NCBI GenBank assembly: GCA_011049425.1
Contig: DSBM01000125.1
Span: 1,553-65,552 of the forward strand
DNA: 64,000 nucleotides
Direction: 5' to 3'
Origin: Candidatus Aminicenantes bacterium
GTDB lineage: Bacteria > Acidobacteriota > Aminicenantia > UBA2199
Below the pieces are notes generated by a model. The model made no database searches and had not been told where the DNA came from. It saw only the letters and a list, made by a program, of their open reading frames with translations. Of this stretch, positions 38,005-47,853 are shown one piece after another. The position numbers and the translations under genes are program-made. The stretch's first letter is position 1. Every line of letters begins with the position of its first letter.

Positions 38005-39381
38005 ATGAAACAGAGGACCCATACCCTGTACGAATGCGTGGAATGCGGCTACCAGAGCCCCAAACACTACGGACGTTGCCCCCGGTGTGATGCCTGGGGT
38101 TCATTGACCGAGATCCTGCCGGTGAAGGATTCGTCCGCTTCCGGCGGCCAACGTAGGGGAATTTCGGCAATCCCCCTTGAACAGGTGGATTCGACCCGCG
38201 TAAACCGCCGGGTAACCGGGATACCGGAACTTGACCGGGTGCTGGGTGACGGATATGTTCCCGGATCCGTCATCCTGATCGGCGGCGAGCCCGGAGTCGG
38301 CAAATCGACGCTGCTGCTGCAGATTTGCGGCCAGACCGGACCCCGGGAGAGTCCCATACTCTACTATTCAGGGGAGGAGTCGGACTCCCAGATCAAACTG
38401 CGAGCGGAACGCATCGGCATTCCCGCTACGGGGGTTCATTTGCTGTCCATGGGAGACATGGAAGACCTGCAGGACGCTGTAACCCGCTTGAACCCACGGA
38501 TTCTGATCGTGGATTCCATCCAGACACTCAATGCCGGCGGCAGCACGACCGGAACAGGATCCGTGGCCATGATGCGTCAGGCCACCGCCGCATTGATCGA
38601 AACCGCCAAGGCCGTTGACATGACTGTTTTCATTATCGGCCACATCAACAAAGAGGGGCAGATCGCCGGTCCCAAAACCCTGGAACACATGGTGGACGTG
38701 GTGCTCTACTTCCAGGGAGAATTGAAATCGGACCTGCGCATCCTGCGCTCTGCAAAAAACCGTTTCGGCCCTGTAGATGAACTGGGAGTGTTCCGCATGA
38801 GCGCCGGCGGTCTGGAATCCGTTGCGGACCCCTCGGCCCTGTTCATCCATGGCCGGGAAAACCGCGAACCGGGAGTGGTCATCTTCCCTACGCTCAATGG
38901 ACAACGGGCCCTATTGGTCGAGATCCAGTCTCTGGTATCGGAAAGCCCGTTCAGCGGCAACCCGCGACGCATTTCGGTGGGATTCGACGCATTCCGCACC
39001 GCCATGCTGATATCCGTAATTGAAAAAAAACTGAAGATTCCTTTTTATCAACACGATGTGTTTATCAACGTAACCGGGGGCTTCTCGCTGCGGGACCCGG
39101 CTGCCGACCTTCCCGTACTGGGCGCCCTGTTATCCAGCCGTCTCAACCTGACTTCCCCCCATCCACGAACCATGATCGGCGAAGTCGGCCTGACCGGTGA
39201 AATCCGGCCCACTGCCTGGATCGCTCCCAGAATGCGCGAAGCCCTGCAACAGGGGTTGACCCATTTCATTCTGCCCAAAGCCCAATCCGGAATCCCCGAG
39301 CAACCCGGTATGACGATCCATCCAGTGGAAAACATTTACGAACTCTTTCGCCTGTTGCGTCCGGCCAAAAGCAAGCACTAG
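38005..39381 (+). CDS. radA: DNA repair protein RadA/Sms
   Basis: CVECG..CPRC zinc finger, GGEPGVGKST, DSIQT, LEHMVD, KNRFG, GEVGLTGE; SD AGGAGG. Confidence 0.96.
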   Translation: MKQRTHTLYECVECGYQSPKHYGRCPRCDAWGSLTEILPVKDSSASGGQRRGISAIPLEQVDSTRVNRRVTGIPELDRVLGDGYVPGSVILIGGEPGVGKSTLLLQICGQTGPRESPILYYSGEESDSQIKLRAERIGIPATGVHLLSMGDMEDLQDAVTRLNPRILIVDSIQTLNAGGSTTGTGSVAMMRQATAALIETAKAVDMTVFIIGHINKEGQIAGPKTLEHMVDVVLYFQGELKSDLRILRSAKNRFGPVDELGVFRMSAGGLESVADPSALFIHGRENREPGVVIFPTLNGQRALLVEIQSLVSESPFSGNPRRISVGFDAFRTAMLISVIEKKLKIPFYQHDVFINVTGGFSLRDPAADLPVLGALLSSRLNLTSPHPRTMIGEVGLTGEIRPTAWIAPRMREALQQGLTHFILPKAQSGIPEQPGMTIHPVENIYELFRLLRPAKSKH

Positions 39382-39558
39382 CCTGCATTTCTCACAAGGA
39401 TTGTCGCGAAATAGCGTAGATGGTTGTAGTGACAAGGCATTCGACAGGCATTATTCGAAGGCATAGCAGCGCTATGGCTGAGAAGAATGACCGAGCACAA
39501 CGCCGTCAATGCGGCCACATCCGCCATTGCAGCAGATTGTTGTGAAAAATGCAGGCTA
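39379..39558. mobile_element. 180-bp palindromic ERIC/MITE-like non-autonomous element
   Basis: TA at both ends; 19-bp terminal inverted repeat TAGCCTGCATTT(C/T)TCACAA; central hairpin CATAGC-AGC-GCTATG; fills the whole gap between convergent genes; partial second copy at 20542. Confidence 0.75.
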
Positions 39559-41406
39559 ATCGTCCGGCCCGTTTCCCGACTTCAGAAATTCCCGCAATCG
39601 TCGTAACCAGGAGCTGTTTGGAAATATTGGTTCATGTTTCAGTACCAGGATATGGTACGATCTTTGGTTCCACTCGATTCGTGAAAATGAGAAGGGGATC
39701 GATTCCAGGTGTTTGACCATGCGTGGAAGCAGGTCTCTTTGATCTTGCGAGGACACCACCAGCACCGTGCGTTTCAACTGGTGAAGAATGCGGTAACGGA
39801 ATATCAGTTTTTGACCACCCGGGCGGTTGGCCTGATCAACCGCTTTGGCACACAGTTTGACGGCTTCCACCAAGAGATCAAAAGGGGCTTCAATGCGGTA
39901 CAATTCATCAAAACTAAAAAAGATGTCTCTCACCAGAAGTTGATTGATTGACTTCAGGGTGTCGTAAAGCTCTCCCAACACCCGCAGATCAATCTCACGG
40001 AACCCCTGGTCAAAATCCCTGAATTTGCCGTATACGGTTTCAATCCTCTTTTTCAGAACGTCAAACACTTCCCGGACATTGGAAAATTCGGCGAACTCTA
40101 CCCGAAGCTTCAGGATGGCCACCTCCACCTCTTGCGTGTAGCGTTTCGGCGGCAGACTCGAAATCACCTCAACTCCACGCAGGGTTTCCAGCGCCGTCAA
40201 CAAGAGGTGCAGACGTCCCGGATCCTCAGCGCGGGCCACCACCACCAACTTGATGGTGATCGAGAAATTCGACTGGTTTTCCACACTCATCAAGACCTGG
40301 GTCATGTGAGTACGCCGCAATTCCAGCATCAGGAACGGGATGATCGCCCGGGCATAATGTTCAAATCCACCAATGGATTTGACGCGCGAAAACGGTTTTG
40401 AAAACGTTGTGTTGACCAGTTTCATCAGGGATTCTTCAAGGTGTTGGATCTGGGTCCCTTTAAGGGGACTGCCGTAACGATCCACAATCTCAAGCCGATA
40501 CACCAACACTCCCTGTTCGTTAACGAAACTCTTGTGGTGTTTGAGGATGTAGCCTGGAACCATGAAGTTGAGGGTGTGCAGGAAATCCTCAACAGAAACC
40601 AGTTCCTCGCGACATACGAATGTGATACCGGTCAAGTGTTCGAAACGGGTCTGAAAGCTTCGTATGCGGATCACCTGTTCCACCTCGCCTCTTCGCAACG
40701 CCTCCTGGAAACGGTGGTTATCGATAATCAGGTCCGCCAGCATGCGTACTGAACGCTCCTCCAGGTACTCCCGGCTCCGGGAAGAGACAAAATACAACGC
40801 TTCGCCTTTTTCTCCAATCAGTTTGTTTAAATCGGGTCCTGGGTAGATGCGGCGAATGCGGCGCACAATCTCATTGTAAATCCCGAATTTGACGGTTTCA
40901 TCATCCAGAAACAGCGACTTGCCCACGCTTCCCACGGCGGCCATGCGGATGCGGCGCACCAGTTTATCTTTCTCTCGCAAAAAATGTTCGTACTCATCGC
41001 GCCGGGTTAAGGTAAATGCCAGGATCACCAGTCCGACCGTCATGGACCGGTAATCCACGGTAAAACCCTTAAGGAAATCGACGTTGCGCGCGGACTGGTG
41101 AACAATCCCCAGAATTGAGTTGGACATACCGGGCCAATCCTCTGCCAGTGCGCCAATGGCGAAGGTGACGGGAAGCCTCGACTCACCGATCTCTTCAATC
41201 AGGATCACCGCCTTTTTTCGCGACTCCTCGTACATGCTGATCAACTGCAAAAGCAGCGCCCGTTGCCTCTCCAGCGGGAACACATGCTGAGATTCCGCGA
41301 TCAGATTCATGCGACGGGCGATCTTGTCTTCAGAAATGTGTACGCCCCTGGACTCCAGTAACCGGCTCAGGCTACGGATTTCAGCGGAATTCAGGTCGCC
41401 TTTCAT
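39556..41406 (-). CDS. Hypothetical protein with probable tandem ACT-like domains
   Basis: 616 aa ORF; EDWPGMSNSILGIVH and EDPGRLHLLLTAL resemble the ACT D-x-P-G loop; no catalytic motif recognised. Confidence 0.65.
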   Translation of the reverse strand: MKGDLNSAEIRSLSRLLESRGVHISEDKIARRMNLIAESQHVFPLERQRALLLQLISMYEESRKKAVILIEEIGESRLPVTFAIGALAEDWPGMSNSILGIVHQSARNVDFLKGFTVDYRSMTVGLVILAFTLTRRDEYEHFLREKDKLVRRIRMAAVGSVGKSLFLDDETVKFGIYNEIVRRIRRIYPGPDLNKLIGEKGEALYFVSSRSREYLEERSVRMLADLIIDNHRFQEALRRGEVEQVIRIRSFQTRFEHLTGITFVCREELVSVEDFLHTLNFMVPGYILKHHKSFVNEQGVLVYRLEIVDRYGSPLKGTQIQHLEESLMKLVNTTFSKPFSRVKSIGGFEHYARAIIPFLMLELRRTHMTQVLMSVENQSNFSITIKLVVVARAEDPGRLHLLLTALETLRGVEVISSLPPKRYTQEVEVAILKLRVEFAEFSNVREVFDVLKKRIETVYGKFRDFDQGFREIDLRVLGELYDTLKSINQLLVRDIFFSFDELYRIEAPFDLLVEAVKLCAKAVDQANRPGGQKLIFRYRILHQLKRTVLVVSSQDQRDLLPRMVKHLESIPFSFSRIEWNQRSYHILVLKHEPIFPNSSWLRRLREFLKSGNGPDD

Positions 41407-41412
41407 GCTAAA

Positions 41413-41441
41413 ATTTTAGTGCAGTGCCCAAATAAAGTCAA
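41413..41441 (-). promoter_or_regulatory. sigma70 promoter, probably leaderless
   Basis: TTGACT-17 nt-TAAAAT, then 6 nt, then ATG 41406. Confidence 0.7.
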
Positions 41442-41496
41442 AAAATGAACATAACGGAGGATGCGCAAAAAAAATCCTTGGAAATGCGTATTATAC

Positions 41497-41525
41497 TTGA
41501 CTTTCAATTTATTGTTACCTATTAT
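41497..41525 (+). promoter_or_regulatory. sigma70 promoter for HU
   Basis: TTGACT-17 nt-TATTAT; SD GGAGG before ATG 41545. Confidence 0.7.
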
Positions 41526-41544
41526 GGGCACTAGGGAGGACATC

Positions 41545-41817
41545 ATGAACAAAACCGAACTGGTTAAAGCGATTGCGGAAAAGTCAAACCTTAAGGTCAC
41601 GGACACGGAAAAACTGGTTAACGCTTTCATCGACACCGTTTCCGATGAGCTGAAACAGAAAGGCAAAGTCACCCTGGTTGGCTTTGGTACTTTCAGCGTT
41701 TCCCACCGCAAATCCCGGACCGGCGTTAACCCCAAAACCGGAGCCAAGCTGACGATAAAGTCAAAGGACGTCCCGGTTTTCAAACCGGGGAAAGCCCTGA
41801 AAGATTTGATCAACTGA
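41545..41817 (+). CDS. hup: DNA-binding protein HU
   Basis: MNKTELVKAIA...VTLVGFGTF...RTGVNPKTG...PVFKPGKALKD. Confidence 0.96.
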   Translation: MNKTELVKAIAEKSNLKVTDTEKLVNAFIDTVSDELKQKGKVTLVGFGTFSVSHRKSRTGVNPKTGAKLTIKSKDVPVFKPGKALKDLIN

Positions 41818-41851
41818 CTACCCGGTTACCCCCAAAAAGTTTCAATGGATC

Positions 41852-41877
41852 CAGAAATCCCCACACGGGGGTTTCTG
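41852..41877. terminator. Hairpin terminator between convergent HU and secretin genes
   Basis: CAGAAATCCCC-ACAC-GGGGGTTTCTG stem-loop. Confidence 0.65.
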
Positions 41878-41896
41878 TATATTGGGCAAAAGCGGG

Positions 41897-44035
41897 TTAT
41901 TTGACGTCAACGTTTACCGGAGCCGGCGGCTCCACTTCCACCGCTTCACCGGAATCAGAAAAAGCCTGAAGGCTGGTGATGTGCAAAGCATGATTCCCCG
42001 CCGTGGAAAACCTCGCCTGAACCTGTGCCAGCATTCCATCTTTTCTTGGAGGCGTAAAATTAATGCCGAGGTCAAAGTTTCCCCCTGAAAAGTTCTTCAA
42101 GGTCCGCGCTTGTTCAGGCGGCAGGAAAGAGGTGCTGATCGACATGATTTCCACGTCTCCAGAGGGAAATTCCCCCGCCAGAGACAGGCGGGCCACAGGC
42201 GTGGATACACCGGCCAGGCGCAAAGTAAACAAAACGGGTTGATTCACCCGTACATTGCTGGAAGCCGGGGCAACCAGAACCCGGCCACCCTGTTGATCCA
42301 ATTCCGGCACCACACGGCCCGCAGGCCGCTTCGCCGGCGGTTGAACTGACCCAACGGTTTCTTCCTGGGGCGCATCCACTCGGCCGCCCTCAACCCCCCC
42401 CAACGTATTGGTCCAGATGGTTTCACTGTCCCGGGCCAGTTGCAGGCGCCGACGGATCACCCGGGGAGAAATCGAGAAAATCAAATCCGTCTGATCGAGA
42501 TTCCGGTTCGTACTGCCAAAGAGTTTGCCCAGAATCGGCAGGTGGGCAATCAGGGGGATTCCCTTCATGATATCCCGTTCTTCATCCCGAATGAATCCAC
42601 CGATAATGTTGGTTTCCCCCTCTTTCAGACGAATCACGCTTTTGACTTCGCGTTTGCCCAACACGGGGAATTGATCTACATAACTGGTGACAAAAGTCAT
42701 GGACAGCTCAATCTGCAGGGTGACTTCATCACTCTGATGAACAAAGGGGGTGATTTTGATTTCCAAACCCACGTTTTCGTAACGATAGGTTGTCACGGGC
42801 GTGTTGTTGACACCACCAGCGGCAAAAGACTGGAACTGGGTCTGGGGAATGGGGATCTTGTCTCCCACCATGAAATTGATCTCTTCACCGTGAATGCCGC
42901 GCAGATTTGGCTTGGCGATCAGGCGATTGTCTCCGCTGGTTTCCAACAGGTTCATGGCCACACTTGGGACCGTCAGAAAGAAATTCGTGTCTTTAATGCG
43001 GTCCAGCCGAAAAGTACTGCTGATCGATCCGCTGTCACCTTCAGTTCCCATGTTCAATTCGAACAGGGTGTTACCGAACCCGGCGCCGATCTCCTGCAAA
43101 AGGCTGCGATTGACCTCCAGAATCTCTACATCCAGTTCCACTTCAGCCTTGGCCTTATCCACTTGGGACAGAAATTGTTCCACCTCTTTCAAGGTCACCA
43201 GGTCCGCTTTGACGATCAACGTGTTCAACGCCGCGTCTTCCTGAACCATGGGCCGACTTTCACGGAAAACGCTTAAAACCAGCTTCTTTGCTTCTTCCGC
43301 CTTGATACTGGACAAGGGAAATACCTTGACGCCGCTCAGAGCATATGCCCGGTTCTTATAGGGCGTGTCGCTGAAAATCAGCACCGTAGAAGGGTCCAGG
43401 GCGCGGAATTTTGCCGCGGCCACAAGGCAGAGCTGGTTTAATACCTGGTCAAACGAAACATCCTCTACATCCAGCGAATACACAAAATCACGAAAGTCCT
43501 TATCAAATATGAAATTTACGCCGAAAGACTTTCCCAGCGCCTTGAATATGCGGGTGATCGGCATACTGCGCAGTTTCAGGCTGACCTTTTCCGCCGCATC
43601 CACTCCCAGACGCACCGGAGGCTGGATCTTTGATTGAAACCGTTGGCTGGAAACCTCGTCAGCTCCGCGTCCAAGGTATTCGTCCAATTCATCCTGCAAC
43701 TTCTGATTCCCGGGAAATACCGCCTGTGCGGACCGGTATTCTCTGATGGCTTCGTTTTCTTTGCCTTGCCGGCGCAGCGACCTGGCGCGATACAAGTGAG
43801 AATAGTAACGCGACATGCGCACACGCAACAACAAAGTACGGTACTCCGTTTTCTGCGGGAAGCGTCGCACCAGATCCGTGAAATAGGCTTCCGCCCTGGC
43901 ATAATCCTGCATCCGGGAGTAATCCAACCCCTGCTTGATGCGTTCTTTGTGCAGGGAACATCCGGAGTGAAGCATCAGCACCCCCAGGACTCCACACACA
44001 ACCAAGGCGTTCTTCCAACTCAAATTACTGCTCAT
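41897..44035 (-). CDS. Secretin (GspD/PilQ family) lipoprotein with N-terminal TPRs and a C-terminal beta-rich domain
   Basis: Lipobox HSGC, TPR-like start, VELDVEILEV, IAKPNL, GDKIPI, NVGLEIKITP, GIPLIAHLPILGKLF. Start trimmed to 44035 (or 44041). Confidence 0.88.
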   Translation of the reverse strand: MSSNLSWKNALVVCGVLGVLMLHSGCSLHKERIKQGLDYSRMQDYARAEAYFTDLVRRFPQKTEYRTLLLRVRMSRYYSHLYRARSLRRQGKENEAIREYRSAQAVFPGNQKLQDELDEYLGRGADEVSSQRFQSKIQPPVRLGVDAAEKVSLKLRSMPITRIFKALGKSFGVNFIFDKDFRDFVYSLDVEDVSFDQVLNQLCLVAAAKFRALDPSTVLIFSDTPYKNRAYALSGVKVFPLSSIKAEEAKKLVLSVFRESRPMVQEDAALNTLIVKADLVTLKEVEQFLSQVDKAKAEVELDVEILEVNRSLLQEIGAGFGNTLFELNMGTEGDSGSISSTFRLDRIKDTNFFLTVPSVAMNLLETSGDNRLIAKPNLRGIHGEEINFMVGDKIPIPQTQFQSFAAGGVNNTPVTTYRYENVGLEIKITPFVHQSDEVTLQIELSMTFVTSYVDQFPVLGKREVKSVIRLKEGETNIIGGFIRDEERDIMKGIPLIAHLPILGKLFGSTNRNLDQTDLIFSISPRVIRRRLQLARDSETIWTNTLGGVEGGRVDAPQEETVGSVQPPAKRPAGRVVPELDQQGGRVLVAPASSNVRVNQPVLFTLRLAGVSTPVARLSLAGEFPSGDVEIMSISTSFLPPEQARTLKNFSGGNFDLGINFTPPRKDGMLAQVQARFSTAGNHALHITSLQAFSDSGEAVEVEPPAPVNVDVK

Positions 44036-44477
44036 TTTCATCCACTCCCTGGAAGGGGATCTCGTGTCGCTTCCCATCCACCAAAACAACCATCCGCTTC
44101 TCGTCAAGCGCCTCCACGGATACGGCATCCAACACCTGCTCCCCCTCCGCTGCCACGAAATACTCCCCATCCACGCTGAGGATTGCCGTCAAGTGGCCTT
44201 TTCGCCGAATGAATCCCTCGAAAGCAATGCTGCGACGAATGCGATCTTCTGGATTCTGAGAGGCGTTCTTTTCCCCCTGCGGTACCTGGGGTATGGGCAT
44301 TGGACGTGGGCGCGTCGTTTCCTCGACACGGCTTTGCCCGGGGCGAAAAAGGTCACGATGAATCGTCAGTTCCTTTGCCGGCCCGTCCAGGCGGGAAAGG
44401 TGCACAACCTCCTCAGCGCCCAGAACAGCGACCACACTCAAGAAAAGCACCGCGAACAACCTCTTTTCAGCGCGCAA
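44025..44477 (-). CDS. Secretin-associated protein (PilP/GspC-like position)
   Basis: Signal/TM, RDLF motif, Pro-rich linker, small beta domain; lies between pilO-like and secretin genes. Confidence 0.55.
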   Translation of the reverse strand: MRAEKRLFAVLFLSVVAVLGAEEVVHLSRLDGPAKELTIHRDLFRPGQSRVEETTRPRPMPIPQVPQGEKNASQNPEDRIRRSIAFEGFIRRKGHLTAILSVDGEYFVAAEGEQVLDAVSVEALDEKRMVVLVDGKRHEIPFQGVDENEQ

Positions 44478-44985
44478 AATACGCCTCCATTAAGAAATTG
44501 GCAATCACACCGCTTTCAGTCCGGCGCAGACGCACCGACATCAGATAAACCATTTCAGCCTGGTTTTCCACTCCATGAATCAAGCGCTTGATCGCCGCGT
44601 AGGGTCCGGACAATGAAAACTCCAGGGTCACCCGCTGCAGATTCTGCTGGACCGGGCGCATGCGGTAAGTCAGCCGTAGCGGGGTGAGTCCGCTCTCTGA
44701 AATACGCCGCTGAAGATCGTCGCGAAAAGCGGGAAAACGGTTAAAAGCGGGAATGGCTTTTGTGCGGAATGCATCGAGTTCGGCCGGAACCCTTTTCCAA
44801 GCATCAAGCGTTTCGCGTTTCTTCTTTAGCTGGTTCCGGCGCTGTTGCAGCAGCTGGTATTCCGAACGCAGCCGTTCTGCTGAAGATCCCTTTGCCTGTG
44901 CCATCCCATAACCGGTGACCCAGAATAACAGTGAGCCGGCAAATACGCCTGTGATCAACCATGCCAGAACCCGGAACTTTTTCAT
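44467..44985 (-). CDS. PilO/GspM-like inner-membrane assembly protein
   Basis: TM, coiled coil, then LSGPYAAIKRLIHGVE ferredoxin-like signature. Confidence 0.7.
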   Translation of the reverse strand: MKKFRVLAWLITGVFAGSLLFWVTGYGMAQAKGSSAERLRSEYQLLQQRRNQLKKKRETLDAWKRVPAELDAFRTKAIPAFNRFPAFRDDLQRRISESGLTPLRLTYRMRPVQQNLQRVTLEFSLSGPYAAIKRLIHGVENQAEMVYLMSVRLRRTESGVIANFLMEAYFAR

Positions 44986-45518
44986 GGTTTGATCCTCAAG
45001 TTGATCGACACCCGGTACTGGCCGTCACGATCCCGGACTTCGCTGTTGACCTCGAGTCGGAAGGCCGACAATTGCCGATACGCCACAATCAGATCGGAAA
45101 AGGATGGCGCGACAACCTCCATCTCCAGTCGCTGCGGCCGGTTTTGGTCAACGGTTAAGCGCTGCAGAAAAACACGACCGGACAAAGCCTTCTCCAACTG
45201 GTTCATGCTGTTGAGAAAAGAGTAGGTTTTGCGGTTGATCAAGGCATTGGCAAAGCGTACCTGAGCATCCCATCGCTTTTGTAATTGTTGGATCTCTGCG
45301 CTGATCGTTTCCATGCGTGCGTTGTGGTTTCGGTCCGCTTCACGCAGGGATCGCATTTCCAGCTTTGCTTCCCCAGACGGTTCACTTTCATGATTCAGCG
45401 CACGCCAGCCATTCCACACCAGGAGTGCGGAGACTCCCAGCAAGAATACCGCAACTCCCCAGAAACGCAACCAATCGGGGCGCCGCGAAGACGCCATGTT
45501 CAAGTCAAGGTGCTTCAT
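44982..45518 (-). CDS. PilN-like inner-membrane assembly protein
   Basis: LNMA N-terminal motif, TM, coiled coil, LEKAL...VFLQRL; ATGA overlap with the upstream gene. Confidence 0.65.
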   Translation of the reverse strand: MKHLDLNMASSRRPDWLRFWGVAVFLLGVSALLVWNGWRALNHESEPSGEAKLEMRSLREADRNHNARMETISAEIQQLQKRWDAQVRFANALINRKTYSFLNSMNQLEKALSGRVFLQRLTVDQNRPQRLEMEVVAPSFSDLIVAYRQLSAFRLEVNSEVRDRDGQYRVSINLRIKP

Positions 45519-46327
45519 CCGGCCCCCGACATGGCAAACGCCGCGCCACCGGGTATTGCGAACGGCGTCAAATTCAGTTGCCGCCATATTTCGGCTTGAT
45601 TGCTAAAAGCAAATTTGGGTCTCCCGGGAAAAAAAGCCACGGAACGGGGAGTTCGGCTGTAGTTGCTTTTTACGTACTCCAGGGTTTTGCGAACCTCCAT
45701 GAGGAACATTTGCTCTGAATCACAGCGAAATTTGCGCATGTAGTAGGGCCGGCTCGATTCCTGGAACACCGCCACACCCAGCTGGTGATCCAGTTCAATC
45801 ATGACCTGGGGAGATTGTTTGCGCATTCCGGCCAGGCCGCCGGCCCACAACCGGTTCATCAACTCCAACGTTGAGTTTCCCAGGAATGTCAACGATGCCG
45901 GGTGTTCACGAAACCAATCCTCCACCCTGCCGGCATCACGCAACGGCAGCAGAACGGACAACAATCGCTTTCCCCCGGGGTGAAGTACGGTATGAATAAA
46001 ATTGGACAGGTCTTCGGGGAAAACTTTTTCCAATCGCCACTGCGCCAATTCACGCTGTTTTTTTGCGCCGCGGGGCAAGTGTTCAAAATCAAAGATATTA
46101 AAGATAAACGGATCGGAACGGAGAAACACACCCCAGGACCGGTTTCCAAGTACCGAAGCCAGGCGGCCGGCATCATCCACGCTCATATTCATCATGCCAC
46201 GGGTTTCAACGGAGTGCATCCGCCGCAGACGGCCCTTTTCTCTGTGAAAGCAATCCAGCTGTCCACTCCCGATTACGCAGTAGCGTGAAGGGCGTGGATA
46301 CGAAAAAAATAACTTTTCTACAACCAT
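45515..46327 (-). CDS. Divergent PilM/GspL-like cytoplasmic protein
   Basis: Position between the ATPase and pilN-like genes; LP..ELAQWRLEKVFP motif; weak similarity only. Confidence 0.5.
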   Translation of the reverse strand: MVVEKLFFSYPRPSRYCVIGSGQLDCFHREKGRLRRMHSVETRGMMNMSVDDAGRLASVLGNRSWGVFLRSDPFIFNIFDFEHLPRGAKKQRELAQWRLEKVFPEDLSNFIHTVLHPGGKRLLSVLLPLRDAGRVEDWFREHPASLTFLGNSTLELMNRLWAGGLAGMRKQSPQVMIELDHQLGVAVFQESSRPYYMRKFRCDSEQMFLMEVRKTLEYVKSNYSRTPRSVAFFPGRPKFAFSNQAEIWRQLNLTPFAIPGGAAFAMSGAG

Positions 46328-47853
46328 TCCTTTATGGTTACCCGATTGAGTTCATCCAGGGATGTTCCGCCGCTTTTCACCTTTTCCAGGCCGTTTAAAC
46401 GGATGGGTAACATGCCCTGGGACATGGCCACTCTCTTGATCTCCGACGTGGGTTTTTTCTGCAGAATCATCTCCTTGATATCATCGGTCAGTTCCAGGAT
46501 CTCGCCGATGGCGGTGCGTCCCGAGTATCCCAAACCGCCGCATTCCGGACATCCACCGGCTTCGAACACCTGACGCGGGAAAGATTCCGCGTCAATGCGG
46601 TTGAATTGCAAGTCTTTCTCTGTCAGGCGGACACGCCGGCGGCATTCGGGACAAAGCACCCGCACCAGGCGCTGGGCCACGATGCAATTGAGGGAAGAGA
46701 CAAAACTATAGCTGTCCACCCCCATGTGGATGAATCGTCCCAACACATCGAATACGTTGTTGGCGTGAACCGTGGTAAACACCAGATGCCCGGTAAGTGC
46801 AGACTGGATGGCAATCTGGGCGGTTTCGGGATCACGGATCTCTCCAACCATGATCTTGTCGGGATCATGACGCAGAATGGACCGCAGTCCGCGCGCGAAA
46901 GTCAACCCTTTTTTCTCGTTTACCGGGATCTGTGTAATTCCCGATATCTGGTATTCCACGGGATCCTCAATGGTGATGATTTTATCTTCCGGCTTTTTGA
47001 TCTGGTTGAGCGCCGCGTACAGGGTTGTGGTCTTACCGCTACCCGTGGGGCCGGTCACAAGAAACATGCCGTAGGGTTGGGTGATATAGTACAAAACCAT
47101 CTCCAACAGGGAATCGGAAAACCCCAACTGGCTCAGCTTTAATTCTCCGATATTCTCTGTGATCATCTCCCGGTCGAGGATGCGGATCACCGCATTCTCT
47201 CCGTAGATACCCGGCATAATGGAAACCCGGAAATCGATGGTCTTGTGCTTGAATTTCAAGCGAAAGCGACCGTCCTGGGGAACCCGCCGCTCCGCGATAT
47301 CCAACTCTGAGATTACTTTTAAGCGGGTCAACAGGGGCATGTGATAGAGCGGATCCAGCGGTTCCATAACTTGATGCAGAATGCCGTCAATGCGAAATTT
47401 CACCACAACGGATCCCGCCTGGCTTTCCAGGTGGATATCCGAGGCTTTCTTGTTGACCGCGGAAAATACGATGTTGTTGAGTAGTTGAATGACCGAGTCG
47501 TCCTCTTCGCTCACCTGCTCAATACTGAGGGTTTCTTCCTCTGCTTCGCGGGTGGAACGTTTTTGAAAGAACGTCTGTGTTCTTTGTTTGAGCGCCTGGG
47601 TAAATGTATCACTGCGTTTGAGCAATCGCTCGATCTCATCCCGGTCCGCCGGCATCGGCACAACAGCCTTGCGGACAAAATTCTCCACCAGGGCCACTTT
47701 TTCCAGGTTATTCGGATCCGCCATGGCGATCTGAATGGCTTCGCCGTCGTCCTGCAAAGGGAAAATCAACTGGGCAATCAGAAATTCGGGTGGAAAGATC
47801 GACAACAAATCGTAGTCGATGCGGGCGTCTTTCAAATCAACGGTCGGGTTCAT
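46318..47853 (-). CDS. GspE/PulE/PilB family assembly ATPase
   Basis: ASDIHLE, RRVPQDGR, GPTGSGKTT, TIEDPVE, LRHDPDKIMVGEIRD, CPEC..CPEC. Confidence 0.93.
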   Translation of the reverse strand: MNPTVDLKDARIDYDLLSIFPPEFLIAQLIFPLQDDGEAIQIAMADPNNLEKVALVENFVRKAVVPMPADRDEIERLLKRSDTFTQALKQRTQTFFQKRSTREAEEETLSIEQVSEEDDSVIQLLNNIVFSAVNKKASDIHLESQAGSVVVKFRIDGILHQVMEPLDPLYHMPLLTRLKVISELDIAERRVPQDGRFRLKFKHKTIDFRVSIMPGIYGENAVIRILDREMITENIGELKLSQLGFSDSLLEMVLYYITQPYGMFLVTGPTGSGKTTTLYAALNQIKKPEDKIITIEDPVEYQISGITQIPVNEKKGLTFARGLRSILRHDPDKIMVGEIRDPETAQIAIQSALTGHLVFTTVHANNVFDVLGRFIHMGVDSYSFVSSLNCIVAQRLVRVLCPECRRRVRLTEKDLQFNRIDAESFPRQVFEAGGCPECGGLGYSGRTAIGEILELTDDIKEMILQKKPTSEIKRVAMSQGMLPIRLNGLEKVKSGGTSLDELNRVTIKEWL

